Shown: positions 42,185-52,626 of the stretch, piece after piece
Numbering within the stretch: the stretch's first letter is position 1
Layout: each line of letters opens with the position of its first letter
Assembly (NCBI GenBank): GCA_963792585.1
Contig: CAWBWI010000001.1
Location: forward strand, 992,001-1,056,000
Reading direction: 5' to 3'
DNA: 64,000 bases
From: Candidatus Eiseniibacteriota bacterium
GTDB taxonomy: Bacteria > Eisenbacteria > RBG-16-71-46 > CAIMUX01 > VGJL01
Made by a program: the position numbers and the translations under genes
Notes under the pieces: model-generated
Told to the model about the DNA's origin: nothing
Databases searched by the model: none
What the model saw: only the letters and a program-made list of their open reading frames with translations

Positions 42185-43868
42185 TTGCCAGATCCTTCAG
42201 TTGAAGTTGCAGCCGGTTCTCCCCGCGGAAGTAGTTCCAGCCTACCCGGGCCGCGACGTGCACTTCCCCGCGCGCACTCGCCAGGTCGCGCGCTCGGTCC
42301 CCGAGATCGAATCCGATGCACTCGTGCCGCACTCCGGCGTCCGTGAGATCGAAGCGAAGGTGGCGTGCCCGGAGCACGCGGATCCCCCCGGCCACCCGCC
42401 CGCGGAACGCGAGCAGTGGTTCCGGATTGCCCGAGCCGAACGGCTCGAGGCGGTCCATCCACGCCAGGAGGGTCGGCGTGACCTCGTCGAGCGAGCCGCG
42501 CGCGTCGACCTGCAGCGTCCGCTCCGCCCCCGCGATCTCCGCGAGCGCCGGCCGCGCTCGCTCCGCGATCCCTTCTCGGACGGCATCCAGGCGATGCTTC
42601 TCGAGAGAGAGCCCGACCGCCGCCCGGTGTCCGCCGAACGTGCGGAGTTCTCCGGACTGGCTTCGCACCAGATCGAGGAGATCGACATCGCCGTAGGTGC
42701 GGCCCGAGCCGCGCGCGATCCCATCCTCGATCGCGAGGAGGATCGTGGGCAGGGCGAACCGCTCCGCGAGCCGCGACGCGGCGATCCCGAGGACGCCCGG
42801 ATGCCAGTTCGCAGATGCGAGAACGATCGGTTCGCCTTTCTCGACCGCATCTCGCGCGAGCGTGGTCGCTTCGCTGACGACCTGCTCGAGCAATCGTCGC
42901 CTCTCGATGTTGTGGCGATCGAGGACGGAAGCCAGGAAGCGGCACCGCTCCACGTCATCGGAGACCAGCATTTCGAGGGCCGCCGGGGCGTCCCCCATCC
43001 GGCCCGCCGCGTTCAGACGGGGCACGATCTGGAATGCGATGTCCATCGACGAAATCCGTCCGGCATCGAGACCCGCCGAATCGATCAAGGCCCTCAATGC
43101 CGGTCGAGGACGCGTTCGAATGAGTTCCAAACCTGCGCGGACCGCAGCCCGATTCTCATCGTGGAGTGTCATGCCGTCCGCGATCGTGCCGATCGCCGTC
43201 AGATCGAGGAGCGCATACGGATCGTGGCTCGGACGGCCCGCGGCCTCCCGGAGCTTCCAGAGCCCCTCGGCCAGCTTGGTCGTCACGCCGACCGCGGCGA
43301 GGTCCCGGAAAGGATAGGTGGAATCCCCGCGCCACGGATTGATCAGCGCAAAGGCGGGCGGCAACTCCTGCTCGGGCAAATGGTGATCGGCGACGATGAC
43401 GTCGAGCCCGTGCCCGCGCGCATAGGCGATCTCGTCCTTGGCCGTCGTCCCGCAGTCGACCATGACGATCACCTTCGCGTCCCACGCGCGCGCCTCGTCG
43501 ATCATCAGGGTCGACGGGCCGTATCCCTCCGTCAGACGATCGGGGATGCGCACCCTGACCTGTCCGCCGAGCGCGCTCAAGAATCGATAGAGGAGGGCGG
43601 CGCTGGTCATCCCATCGACGTCGTAGTCGCCGAAGATGAGAACCCGCTCTCGGCCTTGCAGGGCATGGTCGAGCCGTTCGGCGGCCTTCGCGAGATCGGG
43701 CAAGCCGAAGGGATCGCGCAAATCGCTCAGCGCCGGATCGAGGAAGCGTCGCAGTTGATCGGGATCCGAGGAGCCGCGCAGCTGCACGAGCCGCCGGATC
43801 AGGCGAGGCATCGCGTCAGGACCCGGGGGGTCCTCGCCGCGCTCCGTATCCTTGAGAATCCACCGCAT
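42159..43868 (-). CDS. recJ: Single-stranded-DNA-specific exonuclease RecJ
   Basis: 'GDYDVDG', 'EGYG', 'DHH', 'GTIAD', 'PRLNAAGR', 'GSGR', 'GGH', 'PFGSGNP'. Confidence 0.95.
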   Translation of the reverse strand: MRWILKDTERGEDPPGPDAMPRLIRRLVQLRGSSDPDQLRRFLDPALSDLRDPFGLPDLAKAAERLDHALQGRERVLIFGDYDVDGMTSAALLYRFLSALGGQVRVRIPDRLTEGYGPSTLMIDEARAWDAKVIVMVDCGTTAKDEIAYARGHGLDVIVADHHLPEQELPPAFALINPWRGDSTYPFRDLAAVGVTTKLAEGLWKLREAAGRPSHDPYALLDLTAIGTIADGMTLHDENRAAVRAGLELIRTRPRPALRALIDSAGLDAGRISSMDIAFQIVPRLNAAGRMGDAPAALEMLVSDDVERCRFLASVLDRHNIERRRLLEQVVSEATTLARDAVEKGEPIVLASANWHPGVLGIAASRLAERFALPTILLAIEDGIARGSGRTYGDVDLLDLVRSQSGELRTFGGHRAAVGLSLEKHRLDAVREGIAERARPALAEIAGAERTLQVDARGSLDEVTPTLLAWMDRLEPFGSGNPEPLLAFRGRVAGGIRVLRARHLRFDLTDAGVRHECIGFDLGDRARDLASARGEVHVAARVGWNYFRGENRLQLQLKDLAIDDPFRIG

Positions 43869-43955
43869 CTTCGAAGTTCGATCCCCGGCATCTCGGGCTC
43901 GGGGTGGGTGGACACGGCGTTCGACCGGATCCACCCCCCCCGCGAGGGCCGGCTC

Positions 43956-44948
43956 TTAGATCTTTCTGGTGATCTTCGCCTTCTGGCGCAGTTGCTCGAC
44001 GAGTTTGTCGACGAATGCCTTCTGCCGCTCCTGCGTCAGCTGCTGCGTCACCATCCCCTCGACGCGCTGGTCCCAGGCAGCTTTCTGCGACGGGAAGCGC
44101 TCGTCGAGCTTGATGATGTGAAAGCCGAATTGCGTCTCGACGACATCGCTGACTTCCCCGATGCCGAGCTTGTAGGCCGCCTCTTCGAAGGCGGGAACCA
44201 TGTCCCCGTGGCCGAACCGACCCAGGTCTCCTCCCCGCGAGGCGGACCCGTCTTCCGAAGAGTCCTTCGCGACCGTCTCGAACGCGGCGCCCCCGCGAAC
44301 CTTCGCCAGCAGGCGCTCCGCCTTCCGACGCGACGCGGCCTTCTGCTCCTCGGTCGCCCCGGGCTGTGTGCGGACGAGGATGTGGTGGGCATGCACCATT
44401 TCACCGCTCTCGAACTTGTCGGGGTTGTCGTCGAAGTACTTCCGCGCCTGCTCCGGCGTAGCCGATAGCGTATCCGGCATCGACTTCTCCATGAAACTCT
44501 GGATCGCCATGTCGATCTTCAGCTCGGACTTCAGCTGATCTTCGGTGAGTCCCTGCTGGGTGAGCTTCGTCTGGAACCCCTCGGCCCCGAAGCTGTTCTT
44601 CAGCATCGCGATGTACTGCGTCACCATCGAGTCGGCGGGCGCAGTCCCGGCCGTCGTCGCGGCTGCATAGAAGAGCTTCCGGTTGATGATATTGTCGAGC
44701 GCTTTGACCTGAAGTTCCCGCTCGGGCATCCCGGGCGCGCCCCCCATGCCGTCCTTCCAGCGCTTTACGAGCTTCTCGACCTCTGCGAAGGTGATGGCTT
44801 GGCCGTCAACCTTCCCTACCACCGCGCTCGGTTCCCCCGTGAAGGGTCCCGCGTTTGCGTCGGGAGCCTTCTCTTTCTGGCACCCGGTAACGAGCCCTCC
44901 GGCCAGGAGGACTCCAACCAGGGCCATACCCATGAGCTTAGCCGCCAT
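43956..44948 (-). CDS. Parvulin-type peptidyl-prolyl isomerase lipoprotein (PrsA/SurA-like)
   Basis: Lipobox LVTGC, 'HILV', 'GGDLG.F', 'MVPAFEEAA', 'TQFGFHIIK'. Confidence 0.92.
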   Translation of the reverse strand: MAAKLMGMALVGVLLAGGLVTGCQKEKAPDANAGPFTGEPSAVVGKVDGQAITFAEVEKLVKRWKDGMGGAPGMPERELQVKALDNIINRKLFYAAATTAGTAPADSMVTQYIAMLKNSFGAEGFQTKLTQQGLTEDQLKSELKIDMAIQSFMEKSMPDTLSATPEQARKYFDDNPDKFESGEMVHAHHILVRTQPGATEEQKAASRRKAERLLAKVRGGAAFETVAKDSSEDGSASRGGDLGRFGHGDMVPAFEEAAYKLGIGEVSDVVETQFGFHIIKLDERFPSQKAAWDQRVEGMVTQQLTQERQKAFVDKLVEQLRQKAKITRKI

Positions 44949-45072
44949 TCGCCCTCATCTCCTTCCCAGGGAATCCGAACATTGGTCCCTTTGAAGGCCA
45001 TTATGGGCCAGGGGGCCTGGCCGCGCACAGGCAAAGTTGGCCGAAACCGGTTCCCGGGGTACCATCGCCGGA

Positions 45073-46455
45073 ATGGCCAAGGATCCAACCAGAGACCCGT
45101 TCGAGATCGTCATCGATGACCTTGCATTCGGAGGCGAGGGAGTCGGGCGTCTGGATGGCCAAGTTCAGTTCGTCATCGGGGCATTCCCTGGCGAACGCGT
45201 GCGGGCCGTTGCGATCGGGGGGCGCAAACGGTGGCAGCGCGGGCGGCTCCTCGAGGTGCTCGAACCCTCCCCCGACAGAATTCCTCCCCGGTGCAGCCAC
45301 ACGGCGGTCTGCGGCGGCTGCGTCTATCAGTGCCTCCGCTACTCCGCGCAGGTCGAGGCAAAGGCCCGGCAGGTACGCGAGAATCTCGCCAGGATTGCCG
45401 GCGCGCACCCACCGGAACCGGACCCGCCTTTGCCCGCGCCCGAGACATTCGGGTATCGAAACAAGATGGAGTTCTCCTTCTCTCCGCGCGCATGGGATCC
45501 GGCCGGCGTTCCCGAGCATCCACAACCGAGCCCGTCGCTCGGCCTCCATGTTCGGGGCCGTTTCGACGGAGTCTTCGACGTGCGCGACTGCGCCCTCGTG
45601 GACCCGGAGGTCAATCGTCTCCTCGAACTCGTGCGAGGCTTCGCTCGTGAGCGCTCGATCCCGGCCTACAGAGGACCGGAACCGACCGGCGTGCTGCGTC
45701 ATCTCGTGCTGCGTATGTCACGCCACTCGGGAGAGTGGCTCGTCGCGCTGGTCGCATGCGAGAATCATCCGGACCTGGAGGAGCTCGCGCGCCTCTGCGT
45801 GGAGGCCCACCCCCGCATCGCTGGGTTTCTACTCTGGCTGAATGCGGGTCCCGCGACGATCGCTCGACCTGAAATGGAGATCCTCCTGTCGGGCCGGGAT
45901 CGGATCGTCGAGAAGCTCGGTGATCTCGAGTTCGAGCTCTCGGCGGGGAGCTTCTTTCAAACGAACAGCACGGCGGCCGAGGGCCTGCTCCGGGAGCTGC
46001 GCGCGATCGCTCCGCCGGTGGAGACCCTCTTGGATCTCTACTGCGGGGTGGGGACCTTGGGCCTCGGCCTGGCCGACCGTTGCCGCGCTCTGGTCGGCAT
46101 CGACTCGGTCGAGTCCGCCGTGGCCGATGCGCGTCGCAACTCCGCCCGAAACGGGATCGCCCACGCCCGATTCGAGGTGGCGACTGCGGAAGGGTGGCTC
46201 GCACGCGCCCAGGCGCTTCGCCCCGAGGTCGTCGTGATCGATCCCCCGCGCTCGGGAATGCACCCGAAGGCCCTCGCGGGGCTGATCCGCCTCGCGCCCC
46301 CGACGATTCTCTGCGTCTCCTGCAACCCTGCGACCCTCGCGCGTGACCTGGGCGCGTTGAGCGCGGCGGGTTACTCTGCGACCCGGATGCGGATCCTCGA
46401 CCTCTTCCCGCACACTCCCCACGTCGAGACGATTCTTCGCCTGGAACGCTCCTGA
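45073..46455 (+). CDS. rlmD: 23S rRNA m5U methyltransferase (RlmD family)
   Basis: TRAM domain, 'C...CGGC', 'YRNKMEF', 'FFQTN', 'DLYCGVG', 'DPPRSG', 'VSCNPATLARD', 'DLFPHTPHVE'. Confidence 0.93.
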   Translation: MAKDPTRDPFEIVIDDLAFGGEGVGRLDGQVQFVIGAFPGERVRAVAIGGRKRWQRGRLLEVLEPSPDRIPPRCSHTAVCGGCVYQCLRYSAQVEAKARQVRENLARIAGAHPPEPDPPLPAPETFGYRNKMEFSFSPRAWDPAGVPEHPQPSPSLGLHVRGRFDGVFDVRDCALVDPEVNRLLELVRGFARERSIPAYRGPEPTGVLRHLVLRMSRHSGEWLVALVACENHPDLEELARLCVEAHPRIAGFLLWLNAGPATIARPEMEILLSGRDRIVEKLGDLEFELSAGSFFQTNSTAAEGLLRELRAIAPPVETLLDLYCGVGTLGLGLADRCRALVGIDSVESAVADARRNSARNGIAHARFEVATAEGWLARAQALRPEVVVIDPPRSGMHPKALAGLIRLAPPTILCVSCNPATLARDLGALSAAGYSATRMRILDLFPHTPHVETILRLERS

Positions 46456-46460
46456 GGATG

Positions 46461-46496
46461 CGAGACGGCCGGCGGAGAGTTCCGCCGGCCGTCTCG
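46461..46496. terminator. 16-bp perfect hairpin between convergent genes
   Basis: CGAGACGGCCGGCGGA-GAGT-TCCGCCGGCCGTCTCG. Confidence 0.7.
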
Positions 46497-46535
46497 TTCG
46501 CGCCACGCAGTCCGCGGCGCGTCTCCTGGATGCTC

Positions 46536-49511
46536 CTACTTCAGGAGCATCATCTTGTGGCTGGCCCTCTCGTCGCCGGCGCGCACCGTGTAATAGTAAA
46601 CGCCGGAGCCCAGCTCGTGATCCGCGTCATCCCGCCCGTCCCAGGAAATCGCCTGGTAACCCGCGGGACGCAACCCATCGACCAGCGTGCGCACCCTGCG
46701 GCCGCCCGCATCGTAGACTGCGACCTCGACCTTCCCGGCCGTCGGCAGGGCGAATCGGATCGAAGTCTTCGGGTTGAAGGGGTTCGGTTGGTTCTGCTCG
46801 ACCTGGAAGCGGACCGGAAGACCCGTCGGGTCCTCCGCAGCGCCGGCGCAGGCGTTGACATCCGCGATCCGGATCTGGATGTCGTCGATCGCCGCCTCGG
46901 CACACGTGGTGTTGTTGTAATCCTCCATGCTGAACCGGAACCTCATCTGGCTCGTGAACGGCTCCTGAGGATCATAGTTGACGTAGACCTTGTGGAAGGC
47001 CCAAGCGTTCAAGTCCATTCCCGTCTGCTTCCAGATTTCCCGCCAGGTCGCGCCGTTGTCATAGCTGACCGCGACGCGGAGGTAATCGTCCGTAGGCGTG
47101 TAGTCGAAGAGGAACGACCACCAGCGGACTTCCGCGGCGCCCGTGCGCGTTGCCCAGTCGTATGTCGGGGAGTCGATCCACGTCTGACCGCCGTCGACAT
47201 CGTATCCGGACCAGATCCCCCCACGACCGTCGGTGACCCAGCAGAGCGTGCCCGGTGCTCCGGTGTGGTCGTCTTCGGGCTGCGTGACACCGTAGGTCCC
47301 GCTGACCTTGCCGATCGGATCGACGCGCTCGAACTGGCCGGCTCCGCCGGCGTCGATACCGCTCGTCCAGCCGCGATCGACTTCGCAATCGTCGTCGAGT
47401 GCCGTGGTGTAAGGACCCGTCATGAACTCGTAGGTCCCGCGGTAGGGAGCGAGATGCGGCGCCGTCTCGAACTCGCCGGTCAGCTTCGCCGCCCGCACGT
47501 AATAGCGGATGTGCTTACCGCAACCGAGGTCGGGGATCGCGCCCCCGAACTCGTTCGGGTTGCCCGTGGCCGTCATGCCGACCGATTGCCACGTTTCCAG
47601 CAGCGCCCCGGCAGGATCGGTCGTGTAGTAGATCTTGATGTTGTTCGGATCCAGCGCTCCGGGCCCCTGGGAGACGGCGATGCAGGTGATCGGATACGGT
47701 CCGGTCTGCGCCGTCTGGTCGTCCAGCGGGGTGGATGTGACCGTCACGTAGTTCGTCAGAGGCGGACACGGAAGGTTGTGAATGGCGAAGGCGTCGCAGA
47801 TCTCGTACCAGTCCGGTGTGCCGTTGGCGAGGTTGCCGTCGACGTCGTTCGACATGAGCAAGCGGGTGAGGAAGTTCGGCATATTGGTCTGCTTCGTCTT
47901 GACCGCCTCGATGACCAGCGGATCGTAGATCGCTTGCGCGCCCGCGCCGTACTTGATGTACATGCTCTTCTGCGTCTTCCACATCGCGCCCATCAGGATC
48001 TCGCCGAGGCAGTGGACCTCGCCGCCGCACTCGCTGCCGGGGTACTGGCGCAGGTTCTCCCCATTGCGCACGGGGTTGGAGCCCTGGAAGTTCTCCCCCA
48101 TGATGGGGTCGTTCGCCATGGCCATCGAGTAGGTGTCGGAGAACGCCTCTCCCATTCCGGAAGAGGTCGGGGCGCCCTGAGGATAGTAGAGCTCCTGCGT
48201 GATTCCGTGGCCGTACTCGTGGTGGATGACGTCGGCGATCCGGCCGGAGTTGTTGCAGCCGCCGCCTTCCTTGTAGAAGTTGACCGAGGAACCGTTCCAG
48301 TAGGCGTTGCAGGTGCCGTTGATGTTGACGTTGGCCGACATGACATAGTCGAGATCGGTGAAGCCGGGGTCGATCCCCTTGATCCAGTCATGCACGCCGT
48401 TCACGTGGTAGTACGTGTCCCGCTCGGCCGGATGTGAGTTGGAATCGTCGAACATGAAATTGACCGGGGAATTCGGATCGCCGGGTCCCGTGATGTTGGC
48501 ATCAGCGCCGTCCTGACGGTTGACGTTGCACCAACGTCCATAAAGGCCGACGTCCATGGTGTACGTCGTGTTGTTCGGAACCTCGATGACATAGTTCCCG
48601 GCCTCGTCGGTGTAGCCGACGTATGAGGTGCTCGCCCGGACGCGTTCGTCCTCGAGACCGCTGGGGACGTAGACGTCGCCGACCGATGTGGGCTCGATCT
48701 GCCCCTGGCTCAGGCCGGTGATCTGGAAGTACTGGTTGCCGCTCTCGCGCCAGAGGATCTTGGCGTCGTGCGCGTCGACATAGGTACGCCATACGTTCGC
48801 GGGTTCGGCCGTCTTGAGGAACACCTCCCAGGCCAGGTGGTATTCCGTGGTCCCGTCGGACGTGAGGGGCAGGATCACGAGGCGCGCCGGCTGGGTCGCC
48901 CCGTCTCCGGCGGTCATCGGGATTCCCTCGTGCGCTGTCTGGACCGCATCTCCCTCCACGACGGACGGAAATGCGTTTACCGTGACATTGCGAAATGCAT
49001 CGGAGCCCAGCAGGACGATCTGGCCGCGCCAGATGCCGAAGTCGACGCGGCCGTTGATGACTTCGAGCCCGTCCACGTACTGGGTCATGATCACGTACTT
49101 GCGCTCCTGCCCGAGGTCGATGATGTCGCGAACGCGCATGTCCCGGGGCTGGACCCGCAGGAGCTCCGCGTTGCGCGCCACGAAGGCCTCGACACCGGCC
49201 CGGATGACTTCATCCGAGGCGTCGACGCCGACCATCGGGATCGGAGGTCCGCCGAGCGTCGATGGGACGCCCAGGATCGGATTCCACTGGAGGATCTTCC
49301 AGCCGGCGCCTTCACGCGCCTGGAACCCCGCCAGTCCTGGGAGCAAGGCGCTTGCTTGCGCCTCGTCGGGGTGCTCATATGTCGGGGCGATCTGCGCCTG
49401 GGGCAGGCGCACCTCGTAGTCCAAAACGCCCGTTGGGGCGAATGCCAAGACGGGTCCCGTGAGGACCAGCCCGAGGAAAAGTACGGCCACGACCTTTCTC
49501 AAGAACATCAA
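46536..49511 (-). CDS. Secreted M4/M36-like zinc metalloprotease with propeptide and C-terminal FlgD-Ig/secretion-tail domain
   Basis: Signal peptide, FTP/PepSY-like pro-region ('LAWEV...YVDAHD'), 'NAYWNG', HEYGH, third ligand in 'GMGEAFSD'; C-terminal 'NQPNPFNP...VYDAGGRRVR...WDGRD...GVYYY'. Confidence 0.85.
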   Translation of the reverse strand: MMFLRKVVAVLFLGLVLTGPVLAFAPTGVLDYEVRLPQAQIAPTYEHPDEAQASALLPGLAGFQAREGAGWKILQWNPILGVPSTLGGPPIPMVGVDASDEVIRAGVEAFVARNAELLRVQPRDMRVRDIIDLGQERKYVIMTQYVDGLEVINGRVDFGIWRGQIVLLGSDAFRNVTVNAFPSVVEGDAVQTAHEGIPMTAGDGATQPARLVILPLTSDGTTEYHLAWEVFLKTAEPANVWRTYVDAHDAKILWRESGNQYFQITGLSQGQIEPTSVGDVYVPSGLEDERVRASTSYVGYTDEAGNYVIEVPNNTTYTMDVGLYGRWCNVNRQDGADANITGPGDPNSPVNFMFDDSNSHPAERDTYYHVNGVHDWIKGIDPGFTDLDYVMSANVNINGTCNAYWNGSSVNFYKEGGGCNNSGRIADVIHHEYGHGITQELYYPQGAPTSSGMGEAFSDTYSMAMANDPIMGENFQGSNPVRNGENLRQYPGSECGGEVHCLGEILMGAMWKTQKSMYIKYGAGAQAIYDPLVIEAVKTKQTNMPNFLTRLLMSNDVDGNLANGTPDWYEICDAFAIHNLPCPPLTNYVTVTSTPLDDQTAQTGPYPITCIAVSQGPGALDPNNIKIYYTTDPAGALLETWQSVGMTATGNPNEFGGAIPDLGCGKHIRYYVRAAKLTGEFETAPHLAPYRGTYEFMTGPYTTALDDDCEVDRGWTSGIDAGGAGQFERVDPIGKVSGTYGVTQPEDDHTGAPGTLCWVTDGRGGIWSGYDVDGGQTWIDSPTYDWATRTGAAEVRWWSFLFDYTPTDDYLRVAVSYDNGATWREIWKQTGMDLNAWAFHKVYVNYDPQEPFTSQMRFRFSMEDYNNTTCAEAAIDDIQIRIADVNACAGAAEDPTGLPVRFQVEQNQPNPFNPKTSIRFALPTAGKVEVAVYDAGGRRVRTLVDGLRPAGYQAISWDGRDDADHELGSGVYYYTVRAGDERASHKMMLLK

Positions 49512-49620
49512 CCTATCCCCCTTGCAATGGCAGCCTCGTCGCCGAGTCCATTCGTCGTCAAATGCCGGACTCCCCCGGGGAGTCCGGGAGATCCCGTACG
49601 AGCGATCATCCGCTGGATCA

Positions 49621-49650
49621 AGTATACTGGATACTCTGGTACCATGTCAA
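49621..49650 (-). promoter_or_regulatory. sigma70 promoter of the metalloprotease gene
   Basis: TTGACA-N18-TATACT on the minus strand. Confidence 0.65.
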
Positions 49651-49735
49651 TCCAGCCCCATGGCACGAAAGCTGTTAACTGCTGATGTTTGATCCCACTA
49701 CCAGCGTGAGAGTAACCTGGGGTCCAAAGTAGTGA

Positions 49736-51623
49736 ATGAGGGAGGCTAATCTGGAAAGTGAGTTTCTAACCCGCCTACGGGAATCGGTCCTCGTCTGCGA
49801 CGGCGCGATGGGAACGATGCTGTACGCCAAAGGCATCTACATCAATCGCTGTTTCGACGAATTCGAATCTCTCCCAGGCCCCTCTCGTCGGGGAGGTCCA
49901 CCGATCCTATCTCGCTGCCGGGGCTCAGATCATCGAGACGAATACGTTCGGAGCCAACCGTTCGAAGCTCCTCCCCCACGGTCTCGAGACGAAGATCACC
50001 GAGATCAACGCCGCCGGCGCCTGGATCGCCCGGAAGGCCGTCGCGGATTCCGGCAAGGAGGCGTTCGTCGCCGGAGCCGTCGGACCGGTCGGGGGTCTGC
50101 TCCACCTCACAGGATCTCTCACGCCCGACGAGATGTTCGATCTATTCCGCGAGCAGATGGTGGGCCTCCTCGAGGGCGGCGTCGATTGCATCCTCATCGA
50201 GACCATCTCGCACATCGAGGAGATGCGCCAGGCCATCCGGGCCGCCCGGTCTCTTTGCGATCTACCGATCATTGGACAGATGACGTTCACGGAAGACGGG
50301 ACGACGTTGTTCGGCGACCGACCGGAAGAGGTCGCGCGAGCATTGCTCGCCGAAGGCGCCGACATCGTAGGCGCGAACTGCAGCATCGGCCCCAAGCCCA
50401 TGCTCGAAGTCTTGGAGCGCCTGGCAACCGCGGGGGAATTCCCCATCTCCGCCCAGCCGAACGCCGGCAGCCCCCAGCGAGTCGACGGGCGCTACATCTA
50501 CTTCTGCTCGCCGGAATACATGGCATCCTACGCGCGACGCTTCATCCTGGGAGCCGGTGTGCGGCTCGTCGGGGGCTGCTGCGGCACGACTCCGGAACAC
50601 ATCCGCGCCCTCGCCTCGGCCGTCCGCAGCCTTCAGCCGCAGCGGGCGGGGATTGGGAGCTTCACCACAGTGGAACCCCCGATGGAGGTCGCCCGAGTCC
50701 CGATCCTGGAGAAGTCGAGGTTCGCCGCGCGCCTCACCACCCGCCGCTTCGTGGCCAGCGTCGAGCTGGACCCGCCCCGTGGCACGGACGTTCGAAAGGT
50801 CGTGGCCGGGGCCCAGATCCTCCGCGATGCGGGGGTCGATGCGGTCAACATCCCGGACGGCCCACGGGCCAGCGCGCGGATGAGTTCCTTGAGCCTCGGC
50901 GTCCTGCTGGCTCGGGAAGTGGGCATCGAGATTCTCCTCCACTACTGCTGCCGTGATCGAAACCTGCTTGGAATGCAGTCGGACCTTCTCGGCGCGCACG
51001 CCCTCGGCCTGCGGAATCTGATACTCATCACCGGCGATCCCCCAAAGCTGGGCGATTACCCCAACGCGACCGCGGTCTTCGACGTCGACGCGATCGGTTT
51101 GACCGAGATCGTCGATCGCCTGAACCGCGGCCGTGACATGGCCGGAAATCCAATCGGCGATCCTACGTCGTTCTTGATCGGTGTGGGGGTCAATCCCGCA
51201 GCCGTGAGCCTCGTCGAAGAGGTTCGCCGACTGCGCCGGAAGATCGCCGCGGGGGCGGAATACGTGCTCACCCAGCCGGTGTTCGATGCGAGCCGGCTCA
51301 ACGACCTCCTCGACCAAACCGAAGACGTCTCCGTCCCGATCCTCGTCGGGATCCTACCGCTGACGAGTCACCGAAACGCGGAGTTCTATCACAACGAAGT
51401 CCCCGGAATGAGTATTCCCGACAAGGTCCGCGAACGGATGCGGTTGGCGGGAACGGGCGAGGTCGCGCGTAGGGAAGGGGTCCGGATCGCCCGCGAAGCG
51501 CTGGAGTCTGCGCTCCAATCCCCTCGCGTGCGCGGCACCTACGTCATGCCCCCCTTCGGCCGCTACGAGATGGCCCTCGAGGTGCTCGACGGTTTCATGG
51601 GGCTGGAGACCGAGGAAACTTAG
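49736..51623 (+). CDS. Bifunctional homocysteine S-methyltransferase / 5,10-methylenetetrahydrofolate reductase (YitJ-like); +1 frameshift near 49864 as given
   Basis: 'DGAMGT' in the first frame; 'IETNTFGAN', 'GANCSIGP', 'PNAG', 'GGCCGTTPEHI' and the MTHFR half ('ELDPP', 'RDRNLLGMQS', 'TGDPP', 'TQPVF', 'HNEVPG') in the second frame. Confidence 0.88.
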
Positions 51624-51630
51624 TCGGGTC

Positions 51631-52626
51631 CTATCGCCTCGACTTGCGCGTTGAGAGCGATTCGAGGATCTCTTGCGCCTCCGCCGCGGCGAGAGAATCG
51701 GGGGCCGCGGAAGCCCGGTAGAGTTGGAGCACCCTCCGAGCGTCCTCGATCTGTTCCCGCTGGATGTAGACGATGGCCAGGTCGAAGTATGCCTGTTCAA
51801 GGTCCGGCTTGGCTGTGATAGCGCGTTCGAGCAATCGGCATGCCTCGAGCGTATCCGTCGCCGCGAGCATGAGAAGCGCCAGATTGTAGTTCGCTTGCGG
51901 GTGGGAGGGGTTGCGTGACAGCAGATCGGAGTACGCGCCCGCGGCAGCCGTGCGACTGCCGAGGCGCTGCGCCAGGTAGCCGGTCTGGAAAAGGTCCTCC
52001 TCCGTGCCGGCGCCCCGACCGACCAGTTCGACCCAGAGATGGAGCGCGAGGTCGGGTCTCCCGACCTCTTTCCAGTGCTCGGCCAGCCAGCGCCACTTCC
52101 GGTCGTCCGCCGGGTCGCGCCCCGCGGCGGCCATGCCCAGGGCGAGCGCTTCGTCGCGGAAGTGCTCGTCCCAACGAAGCTGGGCCAGAATCGCCATCGC
52201 ATCGGGAGACGCTCGCTTGCCGGCAACGAGGCCCGAGAGCCGGCGGCGCGCGTCGTTCGTCCGCCCTTGCTTGAACGCGATTTCGGCCAGCAGAAAGGCG
52301 GCGCGGGTCGAGTCGTCGCCCGCCAACCCGTACCGTAGCGCCTCCTCCGCCGAGGCGCGGGCGGAAACGAGATTCCCGCGCAGTTGATAGGCCCCGGCAA
52401 TCTCGAAATGGGGACGCGGATCCCTGGGCGAGCGGCGGATCTGCGACAGCAACTCGCCGATTCGGAGCGATAGGCTGTCCGGCGGGATGACCTGAGCGGC
52501 GGGGACTCCGGCGCCGGCGGCCAGAAGCAGGATCAGGGCCCATGACCGATGCGAGAAGGAACCCCGCCAGCCGGGAAGGGGTTTTCCTCTTCCAGCAAGG
52601 AGGGCCCGAATCATGGACCTGATCAT
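51631..52626 (-). CDS. Tetratricopeptide repeat protein, exported
   Basis: Signal-like 'WALILLLAAGAGVPA', several TPRs ('NPSHPQANYNLA', 'PDLEQAYFDLA'); start uncertain. Confidence 0.75.
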   Translation of the reverse strand: MIRSMIRALLAGRGKPLPGWRGSFSHRSWALILLLAAGAGVPAAQVIPPDSLSLRIGELLSQIRRSPRDPRPHFEIAGAYQLRGNLVSARASAEEALRYGLAGDDSTRAAFLLAEIAFKQGRTNDARRRLSGLVAGKRASPDAMAILAQLRWDEHFRDEALALGMAAAGRDPADDRKWRWLAEHWKEVGRPDLALHLWVELVGRGAGTEEDLFQTGYLAQRLGSRTAAAGAYSDLLSRNPSHPQANYNLALLMLAATDTLEACRLLERAITAKPDLEQAYFDLAIVYIQREQIEDARRVLQLYRASAAPDSLAAAEAQEILESLSTRKSRR

